Source of the DNA: Raillietiella orientalis
Lineage: Eukaryota
Assembly: GCA_036172245.1 (NCBI GenBank)
Contig: JAYWIR010000032.1
Location: 930,001 to 994,000 of the forward strand
Length of the DNA: 64,000 nucleotides
Direction of reading: 5' to 3'
Made by a program: the position numbers and the translations under genes. This document shows positions 36,501-48,549 of this stretch, piece by piece. Position 1 is the stretch's first letter. Each line of letters starts with the position of its first letter. The notes under the pieces are model-generated. The model saw nothing but the letters and a program-made list of their open reading frames with translations. It did not search any database and was not told the DNA's origin.

Positions 36501-39250
36501 GAGGTTGCTTGGAAATGGCTCCCCTTCTCCCCGCTCCTTGGAGGTTATCCTCCTGGATGCGGGAGGAGGGATCCCAGAGCTCGTCCTTCCGGCGATCCCT
36601 CCCTGCCCTGCTGCAGGTCGTCCGCAGCCGGTGGAGGAACCGCTGCACACCGCAGACGACGACTCTCCATGTCCCCGGCCGCGGAATTCCAGCGGCTTCC
36701 TTGCCGCGATGAAACGGCCGCCAGAGGGCAGCGAACTTGTACGGGAGGGGGAAGGCCTGCCCTTCCGTCCTTCTCTCCTCTTCCCACCCCCCTTTGCTGG
36801 TTCGGGTAGTTGCTGTCACAGGCGCTCTTCGGGAAGTCCCCGAGAGCCTTCCCGACGCTTCAGGTGCACCGATTGGATCCTCCCCTCGCACCCAGCTGAA
36901 CCACGCGGAGTGGAGCCATTAATGCGCGGCAGGAGTCTCCAGGTAGCCCCATGCCCTCCGGGGACGCCTCTGAACGCTACCGAGCGGGAATTCTCTGCGC
37001 CCAGAGTCTGGCACGGGAAGGAAAGGAGCGAATCCGGAAGTGGCGCTTGCGAAGCGCCTTCAGGTCTCGGCGGTGGCATCTGCGGATGCCAGAGGCCCGA
37101 TGCCGAAGAAGAAGACACCGCCGCCGCCGCCTTGCCGAAAGAAAGGAAAACACGCTGATGGCCTCTTGGAGTCCCGACAAGCAAACAATCCGACAGGTGC
37201 CGTTCCCGAAAATTCATGGTGAGGTGAAGAGACGAATCTTCTCCGTTGAGAGTGGGCAACTTGTTGATTTAGGATGATGGGAGGGAAGGGAAGAAGAGGT
37301 TGAAGAGCTGCGGAGCCGGGGAGGAGGAGAAGGAGGAGGGAAGAGCGCGAGAAGAAGGAATGCGCGTATTTCGGCGTTCCCTCCGAAAGAAGCGCTCCCG
37401 CGCGTCGCACCCGACTAGCCTAAGCGGGGGTGGGCAACGGTGGGCGCAGGCGGTCGGAGGACACACTGCCGGGGAAAGAGGGGGGAAAACACGCACGCCG
37501 CGGCAGCGCCATCTCTTGGACGCGTTTCCGGAAGCGATGTGTCGCATCCTCCTCCCAGAGCTGACCAATGGGAACGCTCCGCGCTTTGTAAATCACCGCG
37601 CGCTTTCCGCGTCAGCCGCGGAGAAATGGACGGCGGTGCTTGACCCAGTCGGGAGCGAGCTCGCGTCGAAGAGTCCATCTTTCATCGCAAGGCAAAAGAA
37701 CCGCCGTTACCCTTCGGCCTATGCGTGCCTCACGGGCCCCTTTCCCTCCCAACATGCCCCGGAACAAACAACGGCCGCGCTTGGGTAGGCCAGGCCAAAT
37801 TCGAATTGCCCGCCCAGCCTCCCCTGTCGAAAGAAGGCATCTCCAGGAGCTCCTCGCTACTGATTTCTTGTTACCTTCGCGCTGGCGAAGAGCCCCTGCC
37901 CCCAAGGGAGAGCGACCCTCTGGTCCCGAAGATGAGGGAATCCTCCTTTAGTTGAAGAGAGGGCGAGAAAGTGTCTCCTAGATGGAAGGTAGCAGGCATG
38001 GTACCTCCTGGAATTTCGGTTCTGCCAGAGGTGGTACCGAAAATTGCTTCCAGCAGGAGCACTACCATCTTCCGGCGGGGACGCGACCGTCTTCCGGGAA
38101 GAATGAGAATGAGCATTGGGTCGGACATGACCATCTTCCAGAAGGAAGGCGAATGGGCATGGGGTCCGACGCGACCGCCTTCCGGCGGGAACGCGAATGT
38201 GCAGTGTTTCGGACGCAAGCACCTTCCAGCTTCCGGGCGGAACCGGAAGTGTGATCCCCAGGAGAGTTCCAGAAAGGTCTCCGTTCGCTCCCGAAAGGAC
38301 TCACTCGCTCCTTCCTCGGGCAGCGACGTAAGTTGCACAGAGCTGTCTCCCTAGCAGCAGCCTCCGATTAGGCTGCCTCGGCCTTAGCGCCACCTTTGCC
38401 GTCGAATTCCTGCCTTTCTGCTAAGTGCCCGAGTGTCTCTGCTCCTCCCCTTCCGGGATTGAAGGGACGCGCTTGAAGGAAAGGGATGTCGAGGATGTCT
38501 TTTGCCCAAGTTCCTTCCCGACCCGACGCGACCTGAGGTCGGGCTCTCCAGGGCAAGAAACGGAACCAAAGAAACACAGAAACGGAAACAAAAAGGAATG
38601 AAGGGGCTGAAGAAGAGATGTGAGACCGCATGGAGGAATCATCTTTTCCCATGGGGTCCAAGGAAGAATTTCGAGGGAAGGCTCTTTTTTTTCCTCCCAA
38701 ATGTGGGTGGCTGTTCATCTGAGGAGGCGCTCCAGGAGAGGTCAGAGTTTCGATGACGCAGGGAGGACGGGTTGTATACTCAATGTGGAGAAAACCCGGA
38801 GGACAGAGAAAGGTAGAGGGAACCTACAGATAAGCATTTAAATAGGGGAAGAGAAGGGACCCCTTGAAATTGACGACTTCTCAGAGCCTGCTTTCTTGTC
38901 CAGCTGTTCCGAGACAGACGATTGTGGGAAAATCGCCCCCGCACTGGTAGACATACCCTTTTCTTTGCCTGATACAGACAGTTGGGAGTTGCGCCGAGTA
39001 CTAAGGGGCGATCCGTCCCACTCCCTATTTGTTTTCTGGTCCTTTCCCCTTCCTCCTCTTAGTTCTATATCCCTCCGTTTTGAGAAGACACGCGCCGGTA
39101 CTCCTGCAATCGTGCAAAGCCGATCTGCTGGTTCTGAATGGATGGGCTGTCCCTTCCCGTTTTCGTGACGAAACCGCGCGTCCCTGTGCGTGCCCGTTCC
39201 CGCCTTCATTGCCCAAGAAGCGTCCCCATCTGATAAGGATACCTGAGGGA
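33559..39250 (-). mobile_element. Near full-length, internally deleted Tx1 element, interrupted by a second copy
   Basis: ORF1-like region at about 39.2-37.8 kb; APE-like TLN..DCLLVGT near 37.2 kb; ALHQDADLGILNIE; zf-RVT-like LHWGFQCN..RCGMMESLPHLL; 3' terminal motif at 33559-33585. Confidence 0.6.
34284..35573 (+). mobile_element. 5'-truncated Tx1 copy with TSD
   Basis: LPLKWQEWALLLWHWDLPCN..PSCWRCEERESLH; T-rich 3' UTR; terminal hairpin; flanked by AAACCAGGAAG and AAACCAAGAAG. Confidence 0.78.
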
Positions 39251-39309
39251 GAAAGGAACAATTTCTCATCCTTCTCCGGGGACTCACGGACGAGTGGATC
39301 ACGTTCGGA

Positions 39310-39930
39310 GGCCGTTCGTATGGATCCATCCTCCTCGCGAGACCTCCAGGATCCACCTTCAGAGCGGGCTGCCTCGGCAGGCGGGCCGCCGCCAACAGGA
39401 AGTTCCGACTTTCCGCGGTTGCTACCGTCCTGCCGCCTATAGCGACCAGCACCTTGCAGTGGGATCCGTAGCGTGCTGTGCCGTAGCCCCATTTTCGCTC
39501 GCCAAAATGGGATGGGCCCACCGGTGACACTCATGGATCCCACGGTTCCCATCCACTCAGAGTTCGCGAATGGGCTACGGTCATCTCGGCACCAAGATCG
39601 TCGCTGTACCGGACGAGACTCCGCTTTCCCTTACGCTCCGACAAGCGCCGGCTGAGGGAAACTTCTAGGGGAACCTACTGCCAGATGTCTCCGTTCGTCC
39701 CTACGCCCAGCCTCCTACGACCCACTTGCTGAAGCTCCCTGCCGCCAGAGTTTCCTTTGGCTCCGTTCCGACCACCTTTCGGGTCCCGGAGCGCGCGCTG
39801 CGGGAACGCCCCGACGGGAATCGAGCGTCTCGGAACGCCCCGGGAGTGTTTCGCACACGCCCGCGAGGGGCGCGGCCGGCGAAGACGCCCTCCCGCGGGC
39901 CGGCAGATCTCCTAGCTTAGGTGCGCCCCT
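39310..39930 (-). pseudogene. Decayed 28S rRNA gene fragment (D3 and downstream conserved core)
   Basis: Minus strand has collinear 28S-like blocks: GGGACCCGAAAGGTGGT, AGCCAAAGGAAACTCTGGCGG, GAAGTTTCCCTCAG, GCAGGACGGTAGC..GAAAGTCGGAA, CCTGCCGA..CTGAAGGTGGAT. Many deletions and substitutions. Confidence 0.88.
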
Positions 39931-40872
39931 GGACAGCCTCCCAGGAAGCGGAAGGCGGCTGGCCCCGCGATGCCTCGCTTTGGGGCTTCCCCGAAGCCGC
40001 TGCGGTCCGCCCTCGCGAAGCTGCTGGACGATGGACTCCGCTTGGGGAGGAGGGAGCACCGTGGAGATCCTCGCCTTTCGTATGGAGCCATTCAGTTTCA
40101 TCCCTCCGCAGTTTCTACCATCCTTATATTTTGTAGAAGGCATTCATTCCGTCCTGCAGCTACGAGAGCAGCGTGTCGAACACGCCTATGGCTCCCTCCC
40201 CCTTTGCGAGCGGGTGTAACGTCGTTCTTGCAGATACCAGCAGCTATTCTGCCTCTGAAGAACGGTCCTCTTCTGTCGGTGGAAGGGGTGAGCAGCTCCC
40301 CGTGCCTTCCAGATGCATTCCTTCGGGTGCTGTCTCTGACCACTCGCACGGTCAGGCTGAATCCCGTGGTGGCAACGGGGACTTTCCGGCCTAGAGTGTC
40401 AGGGTCTGGGAAGGGTCTTTTGTCAGCCTCCAGGACTGCCTGGTCTGAGGTCAGGGACTCCAGTGCGCCACGCCGCACCCTGCGCAACGTTCCCTACGCG
40501 GTAGTGAACGAGTGAACGGGTGCCACTCGAAGGAGCAAGTAACTCTCCTTGCATCATTCCGCCACGCTCCCTACCTGCAGCCCCTAAAGACACTTCAAAC
40601 AGCGAGCACACTCATCTGCGCCCACAAGGAGATTCGCAGAGTGCTAAAGAACTGTTGGCTAGGGGGCCACGAAGCCCTTTGGAGCAGTCCAAGCCACCTG
40701 GGGAGGCGTGTGAACTCTTTAAGGTAAGGACCACCTCATGAATCCAGCAAGACTCCGGGTGAAGGAGTTGGTTCCTCTCACGCTTCAGAGGGAAGCCCGG
40801 AGGGAATTTCTTCCTTGTTCTCTCCGGAAGGGCCGCTCCTCAGGAGGGGGTCACTGTTTCTCCTCCGATTTC

Positions 40873-41880
40873 CACCGAGACACGCCGGGGCGTTTGTTAA
40901 AATGCGGAATAACCACATGTGCTGTGGTGGGACGCGTGGTCTTACCACATTCCGTTTGTCTATGGACCTGCTGGGTCGCCGGTACGCAGACCAGTGGGGG
41001 CCACTTCGATAGCGGAGAAAACAAAAAGAAAAGGTAAATAAAAATCTTAGGGAGAGTTGGGAGGAAACTACTGTTTACTAGAGGGAGTCCTCTGCATCCT
41101 TTCTAGGATGCCAGAATAGGTCCATCGGAATAGGTCCCAGGTGGGGTCATCTGGCCGCCATCCTCAGGAAGCAAACTGCGAGTTGCACAGCATCCCTTCC
41201 GTTTCTTCCTCTGCCGGCTTCGTTCGAGTCCGCCGCAATCCCATGGATGCAGCGAAGCGCTGCTGGGACTGCGGCTGGCTGCAGGGCATCCCGCACAAAA
41301 AGGAGCCGTAAGACGTCCCTGTGGGGTAGTTCCCAGACGCCCCCATAGGGAACGGAGGGCAAGACAGTCCACGAGCATATGCAGTCGGGATTCCCGTTCC
41401 CCGCATCTTCGACAGTCCGGGCTCGCCCTCCCCAGCGTCCAGTGGTGTCGGCGGGAGTTGCAGAGGAGACCCCAGTGCAACAGCAACAAGTGCCGACTTC
41501 CCCTGAAGGGCCAACTCCCGCCACTTCAGAGGGAGGGCGCTGCTGTTCTCGAGCACTGGGGTCCACTCGAGTGTTCGCTTAGAATGCCGAGAGGCTCGCT
41601 CCAGCTCTGCAATCCTCTCGGAAGGGCACTCGGGGTCGCAGCATCCACCATCTGCTCCGTGGTTCATCGACTCATCAGCTTTCTCCTACCTGCTATCTCG
41701 CAGAAGACCTCCCTCCTCGGCGGTTGGCTGCTGCCAAGCACCCTCCTCAGGAAGGCGTCGTTGCCCCGAGGGGGGCGGGGGATTCCGCCCCGCTCACGCG
41801 GTCGTGCTGGGATCTTCGAAGATCTTCCGCGGTGAGCAGCGGACGCAGACGCCGAGTCGTAGGCAGCTCCCCTCTTCATC
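40873..41880 (-). mobile_element. 5'-truncated Tx1 copy inside a SINE
   Basis: ALPLKWRELAL; LHWGLLCN..PDCRRCGERESRLHMLVDC; terminal motif at 40873-40898. Confidence 0.75.
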
Positions 41881-42172
41881 CATCCGAGCAGCTCGCAAAG
41901 AATGCGCTCTTGGTGCCCTCCTCTGAAGAGAACCCCTAAGGGACGCCTCCAAATTCTTCGGAAGGGTCGCTCCCGAAGAGAGCAGTGTACTTGCTGACAA
42001 TCTGGAGAGGTTACCCTTCGAGGGGAGTATCAACCGGCTCCTTGGTAACGTCTCCATCTTCACAACCGGAGGGAACCCCGAAAGGGAACGACTCTTTGAG
42101 TCCTGGAAGAACTCTGGTGGGTCAACTTCCCATCCCAGATAGTCATCAGGGACTTCCGCCTTCCACCAGCGC

Positions 42173-43450
42173 TGGGAAGGAGGCCTAGACCTCCTGACGC
42201 TAAAGCGAATGGAGCTGCAGCTCCAGTTTCGAACCCTTGCCCTCGTAGCAAATCTCTGGAGCACCACCTTGTGCCAACCTGCACGTCTTCTCGTCCAGCA
42301 AGCCACCGGCAGCATGGGACTCGCGTCCTTGCGCGCCGTCCATGCAGTTGCATCCACGGCTGACTGCGCCTGCGGCAGGTGACCACGCTGGTGAGAAAAA
42401 ACGGATGGATCTCGTGCCGCCCGCGAACGGTATTGCCTGGTTGCAGGAAACTGTCCGCACGTGGGTTCTGATCCAGGAGCCAAGCGCGGAACAGGGGCGA
42501 CGTTACCTGTACGCGCGCAACAGCAGCCGCAAGCTCCGGGAGATCCTGGAATATCTCGCGAAGAGTGCATGGGCAAACAGAACCTCCATCGCCGCTGCGC
42601 GACCCTCCCTTAGGGAGCATCTGGACAGCAGCCTTACGACCAGATGGAAGGTTACTGTAGAAATCTCCGGAAGGAGAAGAGGACAAGGCGAGTGCACGAC
42701 GGGCCAGCTCACTGACGCTGCGACCCCTAGTGCTCGACGTCGTGGACTTTTGCTCTGGGGCATGCTATTGGGTATTACTGAGGAAGATTTGCAGTGGCAC
42801 CCGGTGCTCCTAAACACCCAACTCTTTAAGTGGCAGGAGTTGGCGTTGCTGCTGCTGCACTGCACTGGAGTCTCTCGTCCCGCAACGCCTGCGGGCATCT
42901 GTAGACACGGGAGGGCGGGAAGGGAACTCAAACTGTGCATAGTGCGGGGAGCAAGAGTTTTTCCCGCACCTCCTGGTAGACTGTTGCCCTCAGGTCTCTT
43001 TGGTGACGCTTGGCCACCGCCCTAGGAACCCCCGGAGGCAACTCTAGAAACGTTTTAAAGCACCTCTTCCTGAGCGACGTCCTCTTGCCGGCCGCATCCC
43101 TAGCAGCATCCATTTTGCTGACCTCTACATGGTCAAGATGACCCCATCTGGAAACCATAAAACAGGAACTTGCCGGCATCCTTACAAGGATGCAGGCAAG
43201 TTCCTCCAACACACAGTGATCCCTTACTGAACCTCCCCCCCTCCCTTCATCCTTTTTGACTGCAGTTTTTTTGGTTTGTTTTTCTCTTTTTGTTTGTCTT
43301 CCCTTCTTTCGTGCTGCCCAGACTCACCCTGCTGGCCTGCGTGCCAGATCCCAGCATGCTCCTTTTCGTATTCATAAGTAACCTAGATGATCAAACGTCC
43401 TGCCACAGACATGTAGGTTCAGAAATAAACGCACCGGCGTGACCGGGTGT
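42173..43450 (+). mobile_element. 5'-truncated Tx1 copy inside a SINE
   Basis: GIAWLQETVRTWV..GLLLWGMLLGI..FKWQELALLLLH; terminal motif at 43424-43449; putative TSD CCACCAGCGC / CAACCAGTGC. Confidence 0.77.
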
Positions 43451-43689
43451 CAACCAGTGCCGCATCCAAATGGGACAACTATCGTTATATTTGTGTGTGT
43501 GGGGGGGGGGACTCGAAACCCACGACGCTTCCTCCCGTTCTCTGCCATTTCTCCTTTCCCTGGTGGGATTCGAACCCGCGACTCTCGGTACCACGAGCGG
43601 AGAGCCCAGCCGCACGGCCGCCGACGCGGACGTGCCCTTGTAGGGTCCGTCACTACGTCACGTAGGATTATCTCCAGAGGAGGATACAA

Positions 43690-44030
43690 CGAGTAGTTCC
43701 CTTGCGGGTCCCCTACGGAGAAGAAACTTCAGGAGATATCCCCTTCTTGGGGATCCCTCCAGAGAGAATGAGGGAGAAATTCCTTTCCGAATTCCTCCAC
43801 CCAAAGGAGACTTCCTCTCCACCAAGCGTGAGAGGAATGGATTCCTTCTTCCGGAGCCTTCCTGGATTCACAGGGTGGTCCCTACGGGGTCGCACCTCTA
43901 TAAACTGACCGGTCACGCGCACCATCGGGTGGACGTGGACAGCGTCAAAGAGCTTCGCGAGCCCCCCGTAAGGAGGCGGATGGTTCTTTAGCACTTGGCG
44001 AACCAAAAACAGAAAAAGAAAAGAGGTAGA
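43690..44030 (+). mobile_element. SINE 3' half
   Basis: Body plus tail CCGTAAGGAGGCGG..CACTTGGCGAACC plus A-rich run. Confidence 0.78.
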
Positions 44031-44049
44031 AGGAAACGGAAGAACCCCA

Positions 44050-44830
44050 AAGAGATTCCCATCAGCCATTTGGGACCCCTTCCTAAGGGACGCAAGGGAC
44101 AGAGCATTCCCGGAAAGGTGGGAAGTGACGCGCTGCATAGCAGCAAAGAAGAAACTTCTGGGGCGTGGACAACTCGGGAAGTGACGGACTCTGCGACCCC
44201 GAGTGTCCCACTCCAAGGACTTCCACGCTGGGGAGAGCTGCTCGGCATCCCTCCGGAGGATGCGAAGTGGCCACCAGCGTGCCGGAACAGTGGCGCCCTC
44301 CCCCTCAGGTGGCGGGAGTTAGCGTTGCTGGTGGTGCATTGGGGTCTCCCGTGCAACGCCCGCCGACGTCACTGGACACGGGGGAGCGTGGGTACTCAGT
44401 GCGACAGGCGCGGGAAGAAGCAGACCCTCCCGCACCTGCTGTTGCACTGCTCTGCCCTCCGACCCCTTTGGAATTACCTTGCGACGAACCTACTAATCCT
44501 GGCCAGCAGCCCTAGGGATATTCTATTCAGACGCCTCTTCGCTCGTGATGCCGCTCTGCCGCCGGAAGAAGGGTCGAAATAGCAGGGACGCGGATCTTCC
44601 TGAAGACCGCCTCGAGATGGCTCCACCTGGGCACCATCCGAACGGATCTTGCCGCCATCCTGGACAGAATGCATAGGACGCCTGGCAGCATGCTGTGATC
44701 CCTTTTTCGGTCCCTCCCCTTCCTTCCCCATGTAAAATTTCCCCTTCCCTGTTTTTGTTTGTTTATTTTTTGTATGTTTTGGTTGTCCCTTCTCCCACGC
44801 TGCCGAAACTGACGTCGCCGGCCTGCGCGA
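44050..44830 (+). mobile_element. 5'-truncated Tx1 copy
   Basis: LPLRWRELALLVVHWGLPCN..QCDRRGKKQTLPHLLLHC. Confidence 0.75.
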
Positions 44831-45535
44831 CGCCCTCCGGAGGGTTCTCAACAGGACCAACGGGTTCCCTTCGAGGACCCAGAAACTCTGTTTCAAGATG
44901 GAGCAGGAGCCCTCAAGGGCACCTCTCCAATTGTTCAAAGGAGCAGATCCCCCTTGTTGGGGGGTCCCTCCGAGTCGTCGCCTCTTCACAGAGTGTGCAC
45001 AAGGAAGCAAGCGAGAGCGATTCCCTGCGGGAAGCTGCAGAGCCCCTTCTGAGTTTCGGAAGCGTCCCTTCGGGGTTCTCTTCAGAGGAGTGAACAGGAG
45101 CGGTTCCCTTGCGGGTTCCCTCCGGAGAAGAAATTCCTACAAGCGGATCCTTTCCAAGTTCCCTTCGGAGAAGTTGAGATGGAGAGGACCACCCACATTA
45201 CGGGGGGTGTCCCCCCGGAGAGAATGAGGAAGGAGATTCCCTTCGGGGTTACCCTTCGGAGACAACCAAGCTTGGGGAGGGGTCCCCCCCGTTTGGGGGG
45301 ATCCCTCCCCAAGCGTGAGAGGAACGGACTCCGAGCCCTTCCTGGATTCATAGGGCGGACCCCCATCCCGGGGTGCCCCCTATCCTGAAGAATTACACTC
45401 AAGAATTATACGCCCCCCTGCGGGTTGCCGCGGACGGAAAGGCGTGGAAACAAAACAGTGTGTTTAATGTTTAAAAAGAGCCACGAGGCACGCGACCGGC
45501 TCTGAGGTACTTAGCGAACCAAAAAAAAGAAAACT
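44830..45535 (+). mobile_element. SINE copy lacking the head
   Basis: Body closely similar to 63660-63960; tail CTTAGCGAACC plus A-run near 45510-45535. Confidence 0.78.
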
Positions 45536-45879
45536 CTTAAAAAAAAAGCTAGAAGGAAAAAGGTGAAGACAGAAGAAAAAGAAGCATCCAAGGATTCCAT
45601 CGTGGCAGGTTCGGCAGGTTCATTGAGCGTGATGGAACCAACGGCTCCACACCAATGCACTTTTATTACGTTGTGTAAGGAATGCATCTGCACAACTGGA
45701 TAATAGTCATCCTAGGTCAATCTCCCCATGAGGTCGCTACTGGTTATATTTAAAAAAAAAAAAAAATACCCTAATTCATCCCATCCCTGGTTTTTGACAC
45801 TCGCGCCAGTGCTTTGGAGCCAAGGATGGAGCTGAAAACCTCCCATGTCCTGAACTAAAAGGATCGAGCTTGGAAAAGA

Positions 45880-47400
45880 GGTTTTTTGGAGCCTGTGCTG
45901 CACAAAGCGGCTACTCAAATGCAATGTTACCCCTCGGAGAACAGAGTGCTGATAGGTACGGGAATCATCCAGAGAAAGAAAAGATCTTTCCTTCCCTTGT
46001 TCTGTTCTCCCTTTTCTCTTTTGGATGGAGGCTGGGAGGAGGAGGTTTTTCGTAACGGAGACCTCTCACGCCGCATCTAACGGTTTCCCTCGTGCTGTTG
46101 ACAGGGAGAAGCTTCGCAGGGCACTCGAGGAGCGGCCATCCCCGCCGGAAACAGCGTTCGAACCGCAGAAAGGTGCCTCCAGAAGGTCTTTCACGAACCG
46201 CGTTCGATCCAGGGTGGTGACCGCGCTCAGACTTCTTGGCCCTTGCTCTCAAGGAAGAAGGTGTTCCAGTCCAAAGGGTGAGCAGAATGCAATGGAATGG
46301 CTTAGAGGCACGTCGCTCTACGAGCTGCAAGAGGGCAGTCGCTTGGTCGCTCCAAATGCTGGACACTCATCTTCCAGGAAGCAGGTTCTTTGTCGCCACG
46401 GCAGGGAAGCGCTGGGCTTTGGCAGAGGAGGAAAGGAGCGGAATCTGGAACGAATCACCGCAGTCTGCAGACGCTTCTTTGAGGCGCAGTCACGAGTTCT
46501 GGACCACACCGGAAATCATAGACTCAGACAACACCAGAAGTCTGTTCGCCTTTCGTCTTTCGGTCAGGAAATGGAATCGAGACATCTGCGAGACATCTGA
46601 GGACACCAGCGATTGGGGAGATAGGGATGATCTTTCTGATCTTCATGGTGTAATTAAAAAATAAATAAATAAAGTGCCACGATGCCTGAAATTTCGATTT
46701 CTCCTTGTCCACGCGTCAAAAACAAGGCATATGGAGCTGTGAGGGTGCTGCTAGATGATGTAGGCTTTCACGAAAGATTGCAGAGATCAAGGGAAATGAA
46801 GAACTGCGGGAAAAAAGTTGTTCTTAGGCTGTGAGGCGGTGACCGGTCTGTAGAGAAGCAAGAAGGCGGAAATTCTGGCAAACTTGCTTCAGGGGGGCGG
46901 AAACCTTCCGGTATAACCTGATGGTTCGAACCACGCTTGCCCTCTCCATTACAGCAATCGTGATAAGGAGGGCGAAGATGCAAAACACAAGAGGGATACA
47001 AGCTCTGGAAATGCTAAAAGGACTCACCCAAAAGGAGATGGGAATGAGGAACTGTGGAGGGATCCCTCCTGGACGTATCGTTACATCCTGAGGAAGATTG
47101 ACGACAACTTCCAGGCAAAAAGAACAATTCCCCACCCACCCACCCTAAACCCAAACTTCAAAAGATGCGCATGTGTGAAAGCGAAAGTGACGTGCGATGA
47201 ACAGTGCAAAAGCAGTGATGTGATCGGTCAAGAAAACATTGAATGAACCGAAAAAGAGTAAAGTTGTCTATTAAAACTTGATAGTTTGTTTTAATAAATC
47301 CATCCAACCGCTTGTCGGATCTGGGGACAAAGTTGTTCATGGAGCGAACGAAATGTGAAGCTCAAAATTCCAATAAAAATATCGAAGATGGCCACTAACA
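45880..47400 (+). mobile_element. Ginger/gypsy-type integrase relic (most complete copy)
   Basis: Across frames: KKRSF..FSLLDG, RDQGK, WQTCF..FRYN...RTT, QKQ*CD..FVLINPSNRLSDLGTKL. No RT motif seen upstream. Confidence 0.55.
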
Positions 47401-47439
47401 TTCCTTTAAACAGGTATCTGTTTATTATTATCATTATTC

Positions 47440-48500
47440 GAATGGCATCGTGCAGACGTTGATGGCTTCAGCGCCCTTCTTCGTGAGTCGGTGCCGAGCC
47501 CACTGCAAACGTCGGGTTCCTTCCAGAGAGGAACCCTTTCTTGAGCGACTCTCGCCTGACCCAACACTCCAGTTCCTCGAGGATGCAGTTTTCGAGAACC
47601 TGGAAGAATTCGTGAAGTCCTCCGGCATCCTGGAAGGGATAACCGAGGATGCGACGAACCAGAATGGCTGCGTTTCCTGCAAACTAGCGTCCGGAAAGTT
47701 TTTCCAGGAAATGCATCGATCTTCCGAGCAGAGCGCCGAACGGACATCAGCACGCCGATCTCTCGAAGGGTCGCCTCAGTCCGGTGCATCCAGCCAGACG
47801 GGGGGACCGGAAACTTTGCCCCGGACAGCTCAGCCTCAAGCTGCTAATGTCTCCGGAACGAGCGCTTCGTGGAGCCCGCCACCTACAGGCGCTGACCTCG
47901 GGATGTTGTTCGCATCGCGAAAAGGCGTCCGCTTCTCCACAAGACGCGTTTCCTTCCCTGGCAAGTTTCGCGCTTCTTTCGGCTTCCTCTTCGATTGCAG
48001 GTCTTGGGTTTCTAGAAAAGCACTGGTGCCTCCGTTCGAGGTTGCTTCGGCACTTTCTGATGGGCGTTCCCCTTTCAACCACTCCCTCAGGGAAGTCTTT
48101 CGCAGCCACCTGTGTCTTCTTCTCGATGCTCGCCCTGATGAAGAAGGCGAAGTACATCTGGACCATTCAGTTGTATTTTGGAACATCGCCTGCCTTCCAA
48201 ACGATGCTCCCAGGTTGTCCGCCTTCAGAATTTCGCCCTCCAGTCCTGGGAACAGTGTTTCATTTTTGCCGCAGAGGGCTCAAGTCCCCGTGTGGTGTAA
48301 CAGAAAGAGAGTTCATCCTCTGGTAAGTTCATCTTCACAGTGCAGTGGTTTCGTGCTGGTTCTTTGCCACTTCTTCGTATGCGGTCATCTTCCCTGTCTT
48401 GTCTGCTGCCGTTTCTCTGATCCACCGGTCTCCCTAGCGCTGCCACATCGCTTAAGGTCATCAAGCATGCCGGATCTGTGAAGAGTGCAGGGCGAGGATG
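47440..48500 (-). mobile_element. Tx1 ORF2 relic
   Basis: NHCTVKMNL (SDH-like), WLKGERPS, GKVSGP, LTKKG in order. Confidence 0.45.
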
Positions 48501-48549
48501 GCAGGCCAAACTGCTTCTAAAAACCCCTATGCCCGCGGCGAGGGGCAAA

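Larger units (their letters stand above)
40635..43630 (-). mobile_element. SINE copy split into three pieces by two Tx1 insertions
   Basis: Pieces 40635-40870, about 41890-42172 and 43451-43630 are collinear with intact copies; head and B box near 43565-43630. Confidence 0.75.

Noticed and set aside
37500..38400. Further 28S similarity
   Set aside because: Only short scattered matches; better explained as Tx1 ORF1.
43930..44010. HDV-like ribozyme suggested by GGCGAA in the SINE tail
   Set aside because: Could not build the P1-P4 nested pseudoknot; no hammerhead core either.
45670..47410. Ginger terminal inverted repeats (TGT..ACA)
   Set aside because: Candidate ends do not pair beyond a few bases.
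47450..48481. 343-aa plus-strand ORF
   Set aside because: Antisense to a Tx1 ORF2 relic; no recognisable domain.
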